A stretch of DNA of 59,659 bases, taken from Bodo saltans. Lineage: Eukaryota. Below the pieces are notes generated by a model. The model saw only the letters and a program-made list of their open reading frames with translations, ran no database searches and was not told the DNA's origin. The stretch lies in assembly GCA_001460835.1 (NCBI GenBank), contig CYKH01002117.1, forward strand, positions 729 through 60,387, written 5' to 3'. Shown in pieces: positions 30,536-40,726 of the stretch (positions within the stretch are counted from its first letter, which is position 1; the number at the start of each line of letters is the position of its first letter). A program made the position numbers and the translations under genes.

Positions 30536-30741
30536 GCGTGTTGTTGTTGGCAGATCAGACCAGGGTCCGGGGATCGTGTTATTTGTGTGTAGAATACTTG
30601 TGTGTACTATTAGAAAGTGGAAGTGGAAAGCGCTGGTTTGCTCTTTGACAACACTTCTCGCCCTCGCATACTTACGTCCCTCTCTGTTTTTTTTTTCTTG
30701 TTTCTACGTAAAAAGCAGACACAAACTAGATTTCTTTGACT

Positions 30742-32262
30742 ATGTTACGAGGTTGCTTGTCAACGACTGGTGGCGCGGGGCGGCAACTCATGGCAGCATC
30801 CATGGTGAGAATGTGCCCTGCGAACATCACCCTGAGCGCTCGCTGCTGTGCAACACCATCGCAACCTCCAACAGATGCAATGGCCACAATGTCTGGAAGT
30901 GTCGATGCAGTAGCGATTCCTATTCGTTTTACTCCAGGCTCTGGCCCTGGTGGCGCACTGGCAGCACCATCAACGGCAGTCACTGGGCACTGTGATGTCC
31001 TCAGTGAATGTGTCACCCAAGCAGACGAACTGACAATGCAAATGAAAGCTCAAGAGGCAACCGGGTCGGCCGGGCAAGTTCTCACTAAAGAAGGGATGGA
31101 GGAGTTCATGGAAGAGTTAAAATCTTCCGCATGCGCTGAAATGACAACTCTCATCCAAGAAACAAAAGGTTCTGTGATGCTTCAGCAAGCGGGTATGCAT
31201 GAACTTCGTCGTACGTTGCACTACACGACGAACTTAATGGAACGGAAGTGGATTGATGACGCCACTCAATACACGCCAATGATGAGGATGCTGACGGTGG
31301 AGCTTCTCCGGCGAGACAACGACGGCGTCTTGAGTCCCGATGATGTCCTCTACGTATCGTCGCATATTATCGTGTCCAACTTTTACAACCGTCAACTGTG
31401 GAATCGGCTCGAGAAGTCCATGCTGAAGTTCTCCAACTTTGAGCTGATTGACATTGCGTCTATTAAATCCCTCACGACGAAGCTGTTCCGATCACGCAAA
31501 GGTTGCGCTCCAGAAACGATGGACGTGAGAAGGAAAATCTTGAACGCTATGTCACGGCGTGTTGGTGTCTTGGCAAACGATTTTGATATTCCGTCTCTAC
31601 TTGGTGTGCTTCAGTGCTATGCTGCGCATGATTTGCTACCGCGCTGGATTGAGCCACTCGCGCATCGTGCGGCGAACCACATTGGCGACTACACGCCCCA
31701 CGAGTGTGCGACGATGGGGAGCGTGTTGCGGAGGTGGGGTTTGATGAGGTTGGAGGTGTGCGAGAAATTGTTAGAGCGCATTGTCACAACTGATACCCTC
31801 ACCCACCATATGGCAACCAACGCCTTATTCTCTGTGAAGCTTTGCTACGGCCGTATCAGTGAGGGCGGCCGCAATGCGATGAACGCAGAGCCAATGAAGC
31901 AAAAGCTTCGAGCAATGGGCGAACAGATTGGTGCTCGTCTTGATGAGGTGGTGTATCCAGCGCTGCCGGTTGTGCTGAGAATTCTTGATGTAGTCGTCAC
32001 CATGAAAATCTACGTGCCGAGGAAATGTCTTGAGGGCATCTTCCAGCAAGCGAATGATATGATGGGTGTGCTGATTGAGGGGAAGGACGAGTTGGTGGAC
32101 CCCAAGACGAAGAAACGCGTGAGACCGATCACTGCTGAGGAGGCTCGACAGCTTCAAGCACTGCTCAATCATTATGGTACGGATCTTAGTGCGGAGCTGA
32201 GTGCGAGGCTAAAGCAGGCGTTTGCTGATGGCCTTCTCCCTGACGAGGAATCCATGTTCTGA
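30742..32262 (+). CDS. Hypothetical protein (506 aa); N-terminus resembles a mitochondrial presequence
   Basis: The track ORF starts at TTG 30736; the ATG at 30742 follows the pyrimidine tract ccctctctgttttttttttcttgtttctacg plus AG. MLRGCLSTTGGAGRQLMAASMVRM is Arg/Ser-rich and amphipathic. No catalytic motif recognised. Confidence 0.55.
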   Translation: MLRGCLSTTGGAGRQLMAASMVRMCPANITLSARCCATPSQPPTDAMATMSGSVDAVAIPIRFTPGSGPGGALAAPSTAVTGHCDVLSECVTQADELTMQMKAQEATGSAGQVLTKEGMEEFMEELKSSACAEMTTLIQETKGSVMLQQAGMHELRRTLHYTTNLMERKWIDDATQYTPMMRMLTVELLRRDNDGVLSPDDVLYVSSHIIVSNFYNRQLWNRLEKSMLKFSNFELIDIASIKSLTTKLFRSRKGCAPETMDVRRKILNAMSRRVGVLANDFDIPSLLGVLQCYAAHDLLPRWIEPLAHRAANHIGDYTPHECATMGSVLRRWGLMRLEVCEKLLERIVTTDTLTHHMATNALFSVKLCYGRISEGGRNAMNAEPMKQKLRAMGEQIGARLDEVVYPALPVVLRILDVVVTMKIYVPRKCLEGIFQQANDMMGVLIEGKDELVDPKTKKRVRPITAEEARQLQALLNHYGTDLSAELSARLKQAFADGLLPDEESMF

Positions 32263-32420
32263 GTCTGTTTGTGTTGTTCCTCGAAAAAAATAATTTGTCG
32301 CTAGTTTCGTATCTGTCCGTCCTGTGCCGTGTGTCGAGAATCGTTCTTTTTCGTTTCGTATCAGAAGCAGGGCATCGCATGCCCCATCTTATAAATTATT
32401 GTTAACACAACACGATCGAC

Positions 32421-33812
32421 ATGCGCAGGCTGGTGGCTGCCTTTTCCGTCCCCGTGAGTGTATTTGTGTGCCGTCGAGCCAATTGGACAGAAGCCCTTGT
32501 ACCAATGCTTGATGAACTCGAAGGTGTGCTGGGTGAAGGTGAACATGCAGACGCCTCACAGCAAGCTGCGAAGCGTGTGTCACACTGGCTGATAGAGCCC
32601 AACATCAACGACGGTGGCGCACCGAGTGAATTGCGGAGTTTGGTAAACAAATATTCGATCCCGGCATCGACGCTGATGACAGTGCCTGGAGAGACTGATG
32701 ATGAGGTGACGGTATCATCACTTCGAATTTTGGCCTTTGTGCAAGCTGTTTCTGCGTTGGTAGAGCAGCTGCAATCAGATGATGTTACGCGAGGTACTCT
32801 TCGCGAGGCGTCCGTACAGATACTGCTTGAGTACGGTGTTCAAATGGTGCAGGGCAAAACCGCGGCGGCCATACGGAGTCTCATTACGAGTGACGTTGCG
32901 CTGCGGGATCGAGCACCGGAGTCCGATATTTCTGCTGGAGTCGGCACTTCCGCTGAGATATCGCGTTCACTTCTTCACGCAACAGTGGCTGTGCTTCGGG
33001 TTCTTGAATCCGACGGTCAACTTCATGTGCACGAGCAGCACCTTTCTCGACTGCGGGTCTTTCTGCGTCCTGCACTCGTGTGTGCATCTCATCTTTCCGT
33101 AGCGGAGCTGTGCGACATTGGCTTTGGTTTGGCGTGCACTAGCGACGCGCCGATTTCGACGAGCGGAGGCTTTGCATCATCTGGAGCATCGTATGAGGAT
33201 CACAACGACTGGGTTGCATTTGCGGGGGAGTTGGTGAGGCGGCTGCGCCATCAAGTAACACCAAGTGCAATGGCCGCAAAGGAATTCAGCAAGTCATCCA
33301 AGTTCGCGTTTTCGCTACGTGAGAGGAAGGAACGAGAGAAGTTGGAGCAACTCAATCGAAACTCTGAGACCGATGAAAATAACATGAATCTATTCACTGT
33401 TAGCGAACTAGCGAGTTTGGCCACGTCGTTGGGACTATCTCAGTTTCGCGACGCAACATTTGCTGGCCTCTCCACTTCATCAACATCACCACCACCTGCG
33501 GACGGCGTGGTGACGTCCGGTCAACTATGGGATTGGATGGCTCAAGCGACATGCAAGCTCGTCGAGGCAGAGGTGAGCGTTGCTGCTGCTGCTGTAGCGG
33601 GAGATGATACGCAACCACTTGACCTAAGCTTCTCGCGACAGGATCTCCGCTCCATTTGCTTTGCATGTGACTACGCAGGGCAGCCCGCTGCGTATGACCG
33701 CATCATGAGGATGTTGGTGAACACCCAAGTCGTGGGAGCGTATATTCCATCGCCATCTTCGGCAAGAACGGAATCATTCGCAAAGTTGGGAACAGCAATC
33801 GACGAGAGATGA
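32421..33812 (+). CDS. Hypothetical protein (463 aa)
   Basis: Clean ATG ORF. No motif recognised. Confidence 0.5.
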   Translation: MRRLVAAFSVPVSVFVCRRANWTEALVPMLDELEGVLGEGEHADASQQAAKRVSHWLIEPNINDGGAPSELRSLVNKYSIPASTLMTVPGETDDEVTVSSLRILAFVQAVSALVEQLQSDDVTRGTLREASVQILLEYGVQMVQGKTAAAIRSLITSDVALRDRAPESDISAGVGTSAEISRSLLHATVAVLRVLESDGQLHVHEQHLSRLRVFLRPALVCASHLSVAELCDIGFGLACTSDAPISTSGGFASSGASYEDHNDWVAFAGELVRRLRHQVTPSAMAAKEFSKSSKFAFSLRERKEREKLEQLNRNSETDENNMNLFTVSELASLATSLGLSQFRDATFAGLSTSSTSPPPADGVVTSGQLWDWMAQATCKLVEAEVSVAAAAVAGDDTQPLDLSFSRQDLRSICFACDYAGQPAAYDRIMRMLVNTQVVGAYIPSPSSARTESFAKLGTAIDER

Positions 33813-34152
33813 CATCATAAACAAGAAGATGAATAATGGCTACTTGACCCCAGCAGCCTTTTCAATCTTGCACACAAACGCCTTGTTGTTTGTCCAATGT
33901 TCACCAACGAAGGTGATACATAATTATGTGTTGCCCATACATCAGCACCTCGTTGTCTCAATGCTAAACTTTCTTCCGCGACGCTGTACTCAAATACGAG
34001 CTGCGTCGACAAGTGCATCCAAACACACACTACCACTTTCTGAATCTCCACAAGTTCCTCGATCTCCTCATCGTCCTCTTGCCCAAAATTGTCTTCATCG
34101 AAAGGGTCGTCGCCGAGGCAATACACCTCCCGGTGCCGCTAGAGTATCGTGG

Positions 34153-35829
34153 ATGAGCGACGCCACACACGTTCTTCCACCGATATGGTTCGATGACACT
34201 GAGGGTCGCCGTCACGTGGCACCCTATTTCCACACACTACGCGTTCGCGCGAAGGGGCGATGGTTGGGCCGCACAGCTGTGGATATTTTTACGAAGGAAT
34301 TTTCCCATCATTCACGAGAATATTACCTTCAAGCTGCGCAGCAACAACGATTAGCGATTGAAGTCATCAATGAGGGGAAAACAAAGCAGCAGGGTGGCGG
34401 AAAGCGTCCACGAACGCAACAAAGCGACGTCCCTCGCGATGATGTGGTTTCCACCCCAACATCTGCTCCCACCACCGAGGACACTGCCGCAGTAGTAGCC
34501 CGAGATCCATCCACTCATTTACTCGAGCGGTCTGATGTGCTCGTGCACATCATTCATAAGCATGAACTCTCTGTATTTTCCGACGCACTTCCCGTCATCG
34601 AGGGGGTTTTCTTAGATCCCTCAAGCCCCTTCTACGGAATTGTCTTAATCAACAAACCGTGCAGTTTGCCGACCCACAGCAGCGGCCGATACCATTTCAA
34701 CACCTGTCTCGCCATGTTGGAGGCTTGGCTTTCATCGTTAGCAAACACGCCACAGGTAGAGGCATCAGTGCCTGCTTCTGTGAATCACCTGCCCTTGCCC
34801 CAACAACACATTGAGTACGCTGTTGTCCCCACTCAGCACATTGCTAAATGGAGCGACGCTGTTGCTCTTGACGACCGACACAGTCTCGTCGATTTCGTGA
34901 AGGCAACGATACAACGTGAGGGAGGCTTTGAACTCAGAGCATGCCACCGTCTTGACAAGGCCACGTCTGGAGTGTTGTTGTGTGCGTTAACGTCTCAAGC
35001 TGCGGCAGTGGTTGGTGACTTGCTAGCAGCGAAGACGAAGTCAGTGAGTGCGGCGGTCTGTAATGACGACGAATTGGAGGAGGGTGTCGCACCTTCCACT
35101 GGTGCAGTGGGTTGGCTGACGGCCGATGTGATGAAATCATTTGCAATTCTCAAGACGTACATCACTCGCGTCTCTGGAACTTTTCCACTTCGAGGGGGAC
35201 GTAGCACCACTACGACAACGTCGAGCAGCAGTGAGGAGTATGCGCTGCTGCCGCTAAGTGATGACATTGTTGACTTTGATTGGGCGATCACAGTGCCACT
35301 GGAGGTTGACCAGAGGTGGCGCCGATTCGATGACGCCGATGGCGATTGCCCTGCAGCTGCGACTGGTGACGCAGAAGCGGCAATGAAAACAAAGTGCCAA
35401 GCCTCCGTGACCCTGTGCAAGCGGATGTGGATCGACGAGGAGGCACAGGAAAGCGTTGTGCTTTGTGTGCCATTGACAGGACGAACGCACCAAATTCGTC
35501 GCCACCTTGCCCACGTCGGCTTCCCTATCGCAAACGATTCCAAATACAACGCATTTATTAAGGCTCGATGTGCGCAGGAAGGCCGGCCGGTGTTCTACAG
35601 TTTTGATCGACTGCCACTTGAACTGACGAGGAGTGGCGTCGTGGAGAACGACCCGCTGTGCAGCGAGTGTCAACAAATCTTACCAGTAACCAAGTCTGGC
35701 AACGTTGAGTCCGCCATTTATTTGCATGCATGGCGATACCGCTTGCTAATCGACAAGGGTCCTAGCCCCGCCAACACAGAAGAAGGTGTGTTTGAGACGC
35801 AGCTTCCCTACTGGGCCACTTCGAAATGA
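34153..35829 (+). CDS. RluA-family pseudouridine synthase (S4-like N-terminal region plus catalytic domain)
   Basis: Catalytic motif HRLDKATSGVLLCA (nt about 34945-34986) is the RluA/TruC signature HRLDxxTSG with the catalytic Asp. Downstream GRTHQIRRHLAHVGFPIANDSKYN matches GRTHQIRvHla.lG.PivGD..Yg. The ORF is open from ATG 33829, only 17 nt after the previous stop. The ATG at 34153 (MSDATHV...) follows pyrimidine tracts plus AG and is the more plausible start. Confidence 0.8.
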   Translation: MSDATHVLPPIWFDDTEGRRHVAPYFHTLRVRAKGRWLGRTAVDIFTKEFSHHSREYYLQAAQQQRLAIEVINEGKTKQQGGGKRPRTQQSDVPRDDVVSTPTSAPTTEDTAAVVARDPSTHLLERSDVLVHIIHKHELSVFSDALPVIEGVFLDPSSPFYGIVLINKPCSLPTHSSGRYHFNTCLAMLEAWLSSLANTPQVEASVPASVNHLPLPQQHIEYAVVPTQHIAKWSDAVALDDRHSLVDFVKATIQREGGFELRACHRLDKATSGVLLCALTSQAAAVVGDLLAAKTKSVSAAVCNDDELEEGVAPSTGAVGWLTADVMKSFAILKTYITRVSGTFPLRGGRSTTTTTSSSSEEYALLPLSDDIVDFDWAITVPLEVDQRWRRFDDADGDCPAAATGDAEAAMKTKCQASVTLCKRMWIDEEAQESVVLCVPLTGRTHQIRRHLAHVGFPIANDSKYNAFIKARCAQEGRPVFYSFDRLPLELTRSGVVENDPLCSECQQILPVTKSGNVESAIYLHAWRYRLLIDKGPSPANTEEGVFETQLPYWATSK

Positions 35830-35994
35830 AGTCGTCGCCAAGCCCCTCGACACATGTTTGCACACAAATAATGACTTCGATCGCTCGCTTAATGAAATCA
35901 TAAACAACGCTCTATTGGAACGATTTTCCTTACTTAAAAACAAGAATAATGCGTGATACAACACGCTAAAAGGTGAACAAAGAACAGGAAAGAA

Positions 35995-37020
35995 ATGAGT
36001 GTTACAAGCCAACCCAATCCAAATGCCAGTCTGGCGAGTAGCATTGTTGCCCCGCACGTAGAGTTTAGCTCCTTGGATGCTGAAACATCACGTCTGATCA
36101 GTTACTGTCGGTGGGTTCTCGGGGGGTATAGCCTCATTCAGCTGGCATCAAGTATCGCGCTGATGATTCTTATCCAAACATATTGGGCGTCTGACTCGTG
36201 TGCCTCGTTTTCTGCCTACAGCACATCGGACAGTGTGATTTGCGAGATCGGGCTTCCGCTGTTTGTGTTTGCGTCGTTTGGTATTGCGCTTCTGATTGTC
36301 ATGTCAGCCTTAGGAATCTATGGCGCTTACAGCGTACGTCGATTGTTTGTTTGTATTTACCTTTCCCTGTCACTCGGGCTCGTCCTTTTGTTGGCGTTTG
36401 CTCTTACCCTCGTGGTGTCCATGAAGCTTCCGTTTGTTGAATTTGGCATCGCTCCATTGATATTTCTCGTGTTCGCATTCGTGCCGGTTGTCACGGCGAT
36501 TCTACTCTTGAGATTTAAGTCTTTGGACAAGGACGCTGAGGACCAACCATCGTACTCCATGATGGAGACCGTGCTGACGTTTCCCATTCATACCGGTCCG
36601 ACGGCTGCAACATCGACGACGCGCCGAGAGCCTTCGGCAGACAACGACAATGACTTCTATGCAAGCTTGACTGGGACCACGGCAGCAGGTCAACATAGTG
36701 CGATCCCAGTCGCCAATGACAGCATTCTATTTTCGATGCAACGACCATCGCCCACAGAAGGGAGTTCGCGTGGAGTGAGGAATGAGAGAGGGTCTCCGGT
36801 AGGAAGCGATGATGTCGCCGCTCATTCTTATCATGATCCAAGAATGGAGGTGCTGCAACAGTCAAGCCCTCTCGGCGGAGGACCGACGCAGCCATCATCG
36901 CCAACAGCAAAACCATCAACACAAAAAGGGCCAACGACACCTGGATCTATTCAACCACCACAACGACTAGCGAAAAAACCCACCGCGATGGACGACGATG
37001 AATTCATGTCATTTTTGTAG
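35995..37020 (+). CDS. Hypothetical integral membrane protein with four predicted TM helices (MARVEL/tetraspan-like topology) and a Pro/Ser-rich C-terminal tail
   Basis: Hydrophobic segments: GGYSLIQLASSIALMILIQTYWA, LPLFVFASFGIALLIVMSALGIYGAY, FVCIYLSLSLGLVLLLAFALTLVV, IAPLIFLVFAFVPVVTAILLL. Confidence 0.6.
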   Translation: MSVTSQPNPNASLASSIVAPHVEFSSLDAETSRLISYCRWVLGGYSLIQLASSIALMILIQTYWASDSCASFSAYSTSDSVICEIGLPLFVFASFGIALLIVMSALGIYGAYSVRRLFVCIYLSLSLGLVLLLAFALTLVVSMKLPFVEFGIAPLIFLVFAFVPVVTAILLLRFKSLDKDAEDQPSYSMMETVLTFPIHTGPTAATSTTRREPSADNDNDFYASLTGTTAAGQHSAIPVANDSILFSMQRPSPTEGSSRGVRNERGSPVGSDDVAAHSYHDPRMEVLQQSSPLGGGPTQPSSPTAKPSTQKGPTTPGSIQPPQRLAKKPTAMDDDEFMSFL

Positions 37021-37598
37021 CCAGTCAATTAAAAATGATGTGTAATGATTCTGTCTAGAACCAGTCTGACACCCCGCGTAGGTGCCAACAACAAAAAAGA
37101 AGTTGTATCCATTATCAAGCAAAATTTGTTTCTGTTTTCGAGAGGATGCGGCCGATGGGCCCCTCCTTTCTGCCGTTTCCTCAACTGTTACCTCTAGCTA
37201 TTGCTGAGTGCCCTGGACCACAGCTCACATTGTGTCGTCATGCGCACGAACGTAACGCGCGTGTTGTAGTTGCATTTTTTTTTGTTTCCCCACCTGTCGC
37301 CCATGACACAAATAGCTGATTCTTACGAGACAACGCGTTTTCCACGTACCTTGTTCAATTACGTGAACCGCACGATATCTACGGTATGTCACGTTGTCAT
37401 CTACCCTATGTGTGATGGTTGCGTGCGAGTTGTTCCTGTTTTTATTCGTTTGAGTGATCAGATGGGTTAGAAGCAGTTGAGTAAAACTGCAGTTGAATCG
37501 GAATTTGAAATTTTTTTGTGATGTTGGGGATACAACGTCATACGTCTGAGAGTTTCTTTTTGTTGTTTGACTGTTTGCATGTAAAGAGGAGAGCAAAG

Positions 37599-38843
37599 AT
37601 GGCCGATGATGCGCAACAGGAGGAAATTGGTTTGGAAGTTGAGGAGTGGACCGAACCCGTAGACATTACTGTACTCGGCGACGACGGACCATCGACAATA
37701 TTTGTTGGTGGCTTCAGTGACGTTCGCACTGCCAAAGATGGCATAGAGAAGATGATTTACAGAGATGACAAACTTGTGTTTCTCGAGGGGCAATACGAAG
37801 GAAATCTTATTCTGGATTCCACGTACCTCGATGGTGTGCAGATTATTGGTGAGGGTGAGGTTGTCTTCAGCGGCCAGCTCGTCGTAGCGTATTCATCGTA
37901 TGACCCAGATCGACTCCTGAAGGTCCCTCAAGCCGCAGAAGTAGATGAAGGTGCCGCCGCCGCCGTGACCGAAGCAGGTGAAGACGCAGCGCCGCCACCA
38001 GAGGAAGAGGCTGAGGAGGAGGGTGAGGAGGGCAAGAAGACGGTTGTCGTACGGCCACCCAAGGTCGCTCTCAGCAACATGAAATTCTTAGGCGGAGCGT
38101 TGACGGAAGGCCTTGCAACGGGATATGTGGATGACTGCGTATTCGGGACTCCTTTTGGCGAGCCTGCGTTGGACTACTGCGCCACGATTGCATCGCTGTC
38201 CGATGTCGTTTTCACTCGCTCAAAGTTTTATGGAAGCGGCAAGTCTGTCATTTACGCATTTCCAAGAGCAAGAGGACTCTTCACCGAGTGCACGTTTGAG
38301 GGATCCATTCCAGCGGTGACGCACGCCGAGACAATCCGTCGGCGCAGGGGCTACGTCCCTCCACCACCGCCACCACCCACGGCACCCACGACCGTGCACT
38401 GCGAGGTTGGGCTTTACTTCGACGACGCAGATATCCGTGTTGAGCGCAGCACTGTCTCTCAGGTTGGCATCGGCATCTTATGTCGTGATACGTGCAAGGA
38501 TACAGTGGTGGATGATTGCTTAGTGACAAAAACGTCGACGACTGGGATCTTGCTCATGGACAGCGCCTCGCCGAAGATTGTGCGCTCACGAGTGAATCTG
38601 AATGGTCGCGAGTCTTTAGTTGTAGGCAACCACAGCCACCCAAACATTCGCGGCTGCGCTTTCGCCGGTGATGTGCGGCTGAAGACGCAAGCTGTCCACA
38701 CTGGACTCACCGATAACCTTATTGGCCTTAACCGGCAGTTAGAGGTCGAGGGCAAGAGCTTTTACACGAAGGGTTTCACAATTGTGCCAACTGACCCAAC
38801 GTTTATCAAGCCCAAGAAGGTTGTCGTTGAGGAAGACGAGTAG
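37599..38843 (+). CDS. Hypothetical protein with parallel beta-helix (PbH1-like) repeats, an acidic Ala/Glu-rich linker and a PPPPPPP tract
   Basis: The track ORF starts at GTG 37518. The ATG at 37599 (MADDAQQEEIG) follows the pyrimidine tract gagtttctttttgttgtttgactgtttgc. Short repeats with alternating hydrophobics and Gly/Asn/Asp: VERSTVSQVGIGILCRDTCKDTVVDDCLVTKTSTTGILLMDSASPKIVRSRVNLNGRESLVVGNHSHPNIRGCAFAG. Confidence 0.5.
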   Translation: MADDAQQEEIGLEVEEWTEPVDITVLGDDGPSTIFVGGFSDVRTAKDGIEKMIYRDDKLVFLEGQYEGNLILDSTYLDGVQIIGEGEVVFSGQLVVAYSSYDPDRLLKVPQAAEVDEGAAAAVTEAGEDAAPPPEEEAEEEGEEGKKTVVVRPPKVALSNMKFLGGALTEGLATGYVDDCVFGTPFGEPALDYCATIASLSDVVFTRSKFYGSGKSVIYAFPRARGLFTECTFEGSIPAVTHAETIRRRRGYVPPPPPPPTAPTTVHCEVGLYFDDADIRVERSTVSQVGIGILCRDTCKDTVVDDCLVTKTSTTGILLMDSASPKIVRSRVNLNGRESLVVGNHSHPNIRGCAFAGDVRLKTQAVHTGLTDNLIGLNRQLEVEGKSFYTKGFTIVPTDPTFIKPKKVVVEEDE

Positions 38844-39044
38844 TAGCTGTATTTCATCATTCCTGAGCAATGTAAACAAACGACCAAAGACCATTTCGCT
38901 GGAGATGTACTGTGCAAAGAGTTCTCAAAATTGTGAACGTAAAATTTCATCTCAAAAATCTATGTGGAGCATATTGACTACTTTCGTAATTCTAGAGTCA
39001 TTAAGGACAACAGAGAAAGCAGCAAACCGAAACAAAATTCAAAA

Positions 39045-40487
39045 ATGGATTCTACCCGCAGTATTCCGTTCATCAAAATGAACGGCCTTGGCAACGACTT
39101 CGTCATGTTTGACTTCGTTTCCGATATCCCCATTGAAACCCATCAACATGCAGATGCCAGTGCCTACCCAGTTCGCAACCGCGGTAGGATCGCGATGTCA
39201 CTGTTCCTGCACCAACATCGCTTGCAATCCCCGATCACTTGGGAGTTTCCCAAGGGAGTGATGCGGAAGGTATCCAATCGCCAGCAGGGTGTTGGATGCG
39301 ATCAACTTGTGGTCATGTGCGAAGGTGGTACTGGAAGCATCGACGACGTCACCGAGAATCAAATCGTAGCGTTGCGTCGCTTTAAAGCTCTGTGCATGCT
39401 GAAGAAGACCGCAGCAGGTGCGCCCGCTCCTGTTCTCTCAGACCCGACACCACTGTGGGTTGCGGTACGAATCTTCAACGGAGCGGATGGTGACGAGGTT
39501 GGTATGTGTGGCAATGCACTTCGTTGTATTGCGATCTACTGGTACCTGAAAAGCATTCTAGAATTTCTGTGGAATGTTGGGGCCGATGGAACCCTTCCGA
39601 CGGAGGACGAGATTCTGTCGACGTTCGGGAAGCAGGTGCTCATTATTTTGCCCTTTTCGAAGCGATGGATGCCATGCGTTGTGGAGGACATGCCACTCAG
39701 CGACATTCTCGCTGCGTTTTATCAGCGCCGTGAGTCGTGGCGGACCGCAGAGGCGTATGAAGACGTGCGAGAGAACATTCTCGCCGAATGCGTGAGCCTC
39801 GCCCAGCTGTCAACGTGCGACGTGCGAGTCGAGTTAGGATTCTCGGATCTGGACACCTTCCCTACTTTACCGTCGCAAGCTGCCGGCGGAGAAAACTTTG
39901 GCGGAGCGTTCCCAATTCCAGTTGAGACCCTCGTGAACCACTTGAGCATTGTTGCACCAACCACCGCAGCCGTCGTTCGCGATACCGTTGCGGCGGTATT
40001 TGCAGTGAGTGTTGGAAATCCTCACTGTGTGTTAATCGCGAAGTCATCTCAGGAATCAGCTGCGGAAGGTGAGATGCCTTCATTGTTGCAAGACTCTGTT
40101 GTGGATTTGATTGGGGCTGCGATTAATCAGTGGCCTGCTGTGTACCCTATCGGTGGTAATATCGAATTCATCTCACTCACAAGTGAGCCGCGGTTGGTGG
40201 TGTCTGAAAGTGGAAGCCGCACATTGTGCAATGCTCGCATGCGTGTTTTCGAACGCGGCGCAGGTCGAACCCTCGCGTGCGGTAGTGGTGCCTGCGCTGC
40301 TGGTGTGGCGATCCATGCAACGTCAAAGGTTGCAAACACTCCGTTCGAATCCGTCATTGAGATGGACGGCGGTGAGCTCCGCATTGTAACGACCGTTCCT
40401 GCCGACGATGTGGCGAAGCCGTCCTTTGTGGTGTTTAGTGGCGGCGCTTCTTTGACGTATATTGGCTCGTGGTTTCCAATGGTGTGA
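39045..40487 (+). CDS. dapF: Diaminopimelate epimerase (bacterial DapF type) with eukaryote-specific insertions
   Basis: All DapF signatures are present. N-terminal FIKMNGLGNDFVMFD. RQQGVGCDQLVVMCE. RIFNGADGDEVGMCGNALRCIAIY. First catalytic Cys motif VGNPHCV (about 40013-40030). Second catalytic Cys motif FERGAGRTLACGSGACAAGVAI (about 40255-40300). The track ORF begins at GTG 38964; the first ATG is 39045. The product is about 480 aa versus about 275 aa for bacterial DapF, because of a ~50-aa insertion after the first motif and another before GNPHCV. Confidence 0.85.
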   Translation: MDSTRSIPFIKMNGLGNDFVMFDFVSDIPIETHQHADASAYPVRNRGRIAMSLFLHQHRLQSPITWEFPKGVMRKVSNRQQGVGCDQLVVMCEGGTGSIDDVTENQIVALRRFKALCMLKKTAAGAPAPVLSDPTPLWVAVRIFNGADGDEVGMCGNALRCIAIYWYLKSILEFLWNVGADGTLPTEDEILSTFGKQVLIILPFSKRWMPCVVEDMPLSDILAAFYQRRESWRTAEAYEDVRENILAECVSLAQLSTCDVRVELGFSDLDTFPTLPSQAAGGENFGGAFPIPVETLVNHLSIVAPTTAAVVRDTVAAVFAVSVGNPHCVLIAKSSQESAAEGEMPSLLQDSVVDLIGAAINQWPAVYPIGGNIEFISLTSEPRLVVSESGSRTLCNARMRVFERGAGRTLACGSGACAAGVAIHATSKVANTPFESVIEMDGGELRIVTTVPADDVAKPSFVVFSGGASLTYIGSWFPMV

Positions 40488-40726
40488 GACGCGCATATCG
40501 CCACTTACATATGCACACAGCCCGCAAGCCAAATCAACTAAGTATGGTAGCCATCTTTCTCCTCTCACTTTTGAATCGGAATGCCACATTCCACCACAAA
40601 CGATTCATGTCAGTCGCTATGATTTTCTTGAATAACCTTCCACGAACATGTTTGCTGATGAACAAGCTGTCGACAATGTGAAAATATTCCCTTCCTTTGC
40701 ATGATCAAATTATTCTTAACAGACTC

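Noticed and set aside
37021-37598. Long (578 nt) ORF-free spacer considered as a possible ncRNA or snoRNA locus; also 14387-14663
   Set aside because: No C/D or H/ACA box arrangement or stable stem structure could be identified by eye. Most parsimoniously these are the 3'UTR of the upstream gene plus the intergenic pyrimidine tract. This would need covariance-model scanning to revisit.
40343-40352. tRNA T-loop-like sequence gttcgaatcc
   Set aside because: It lies inside the DapF CDS (codes ...PFESV...) with no acceptor-stem or anticodon-arm complementarity around it. It is coincidental.
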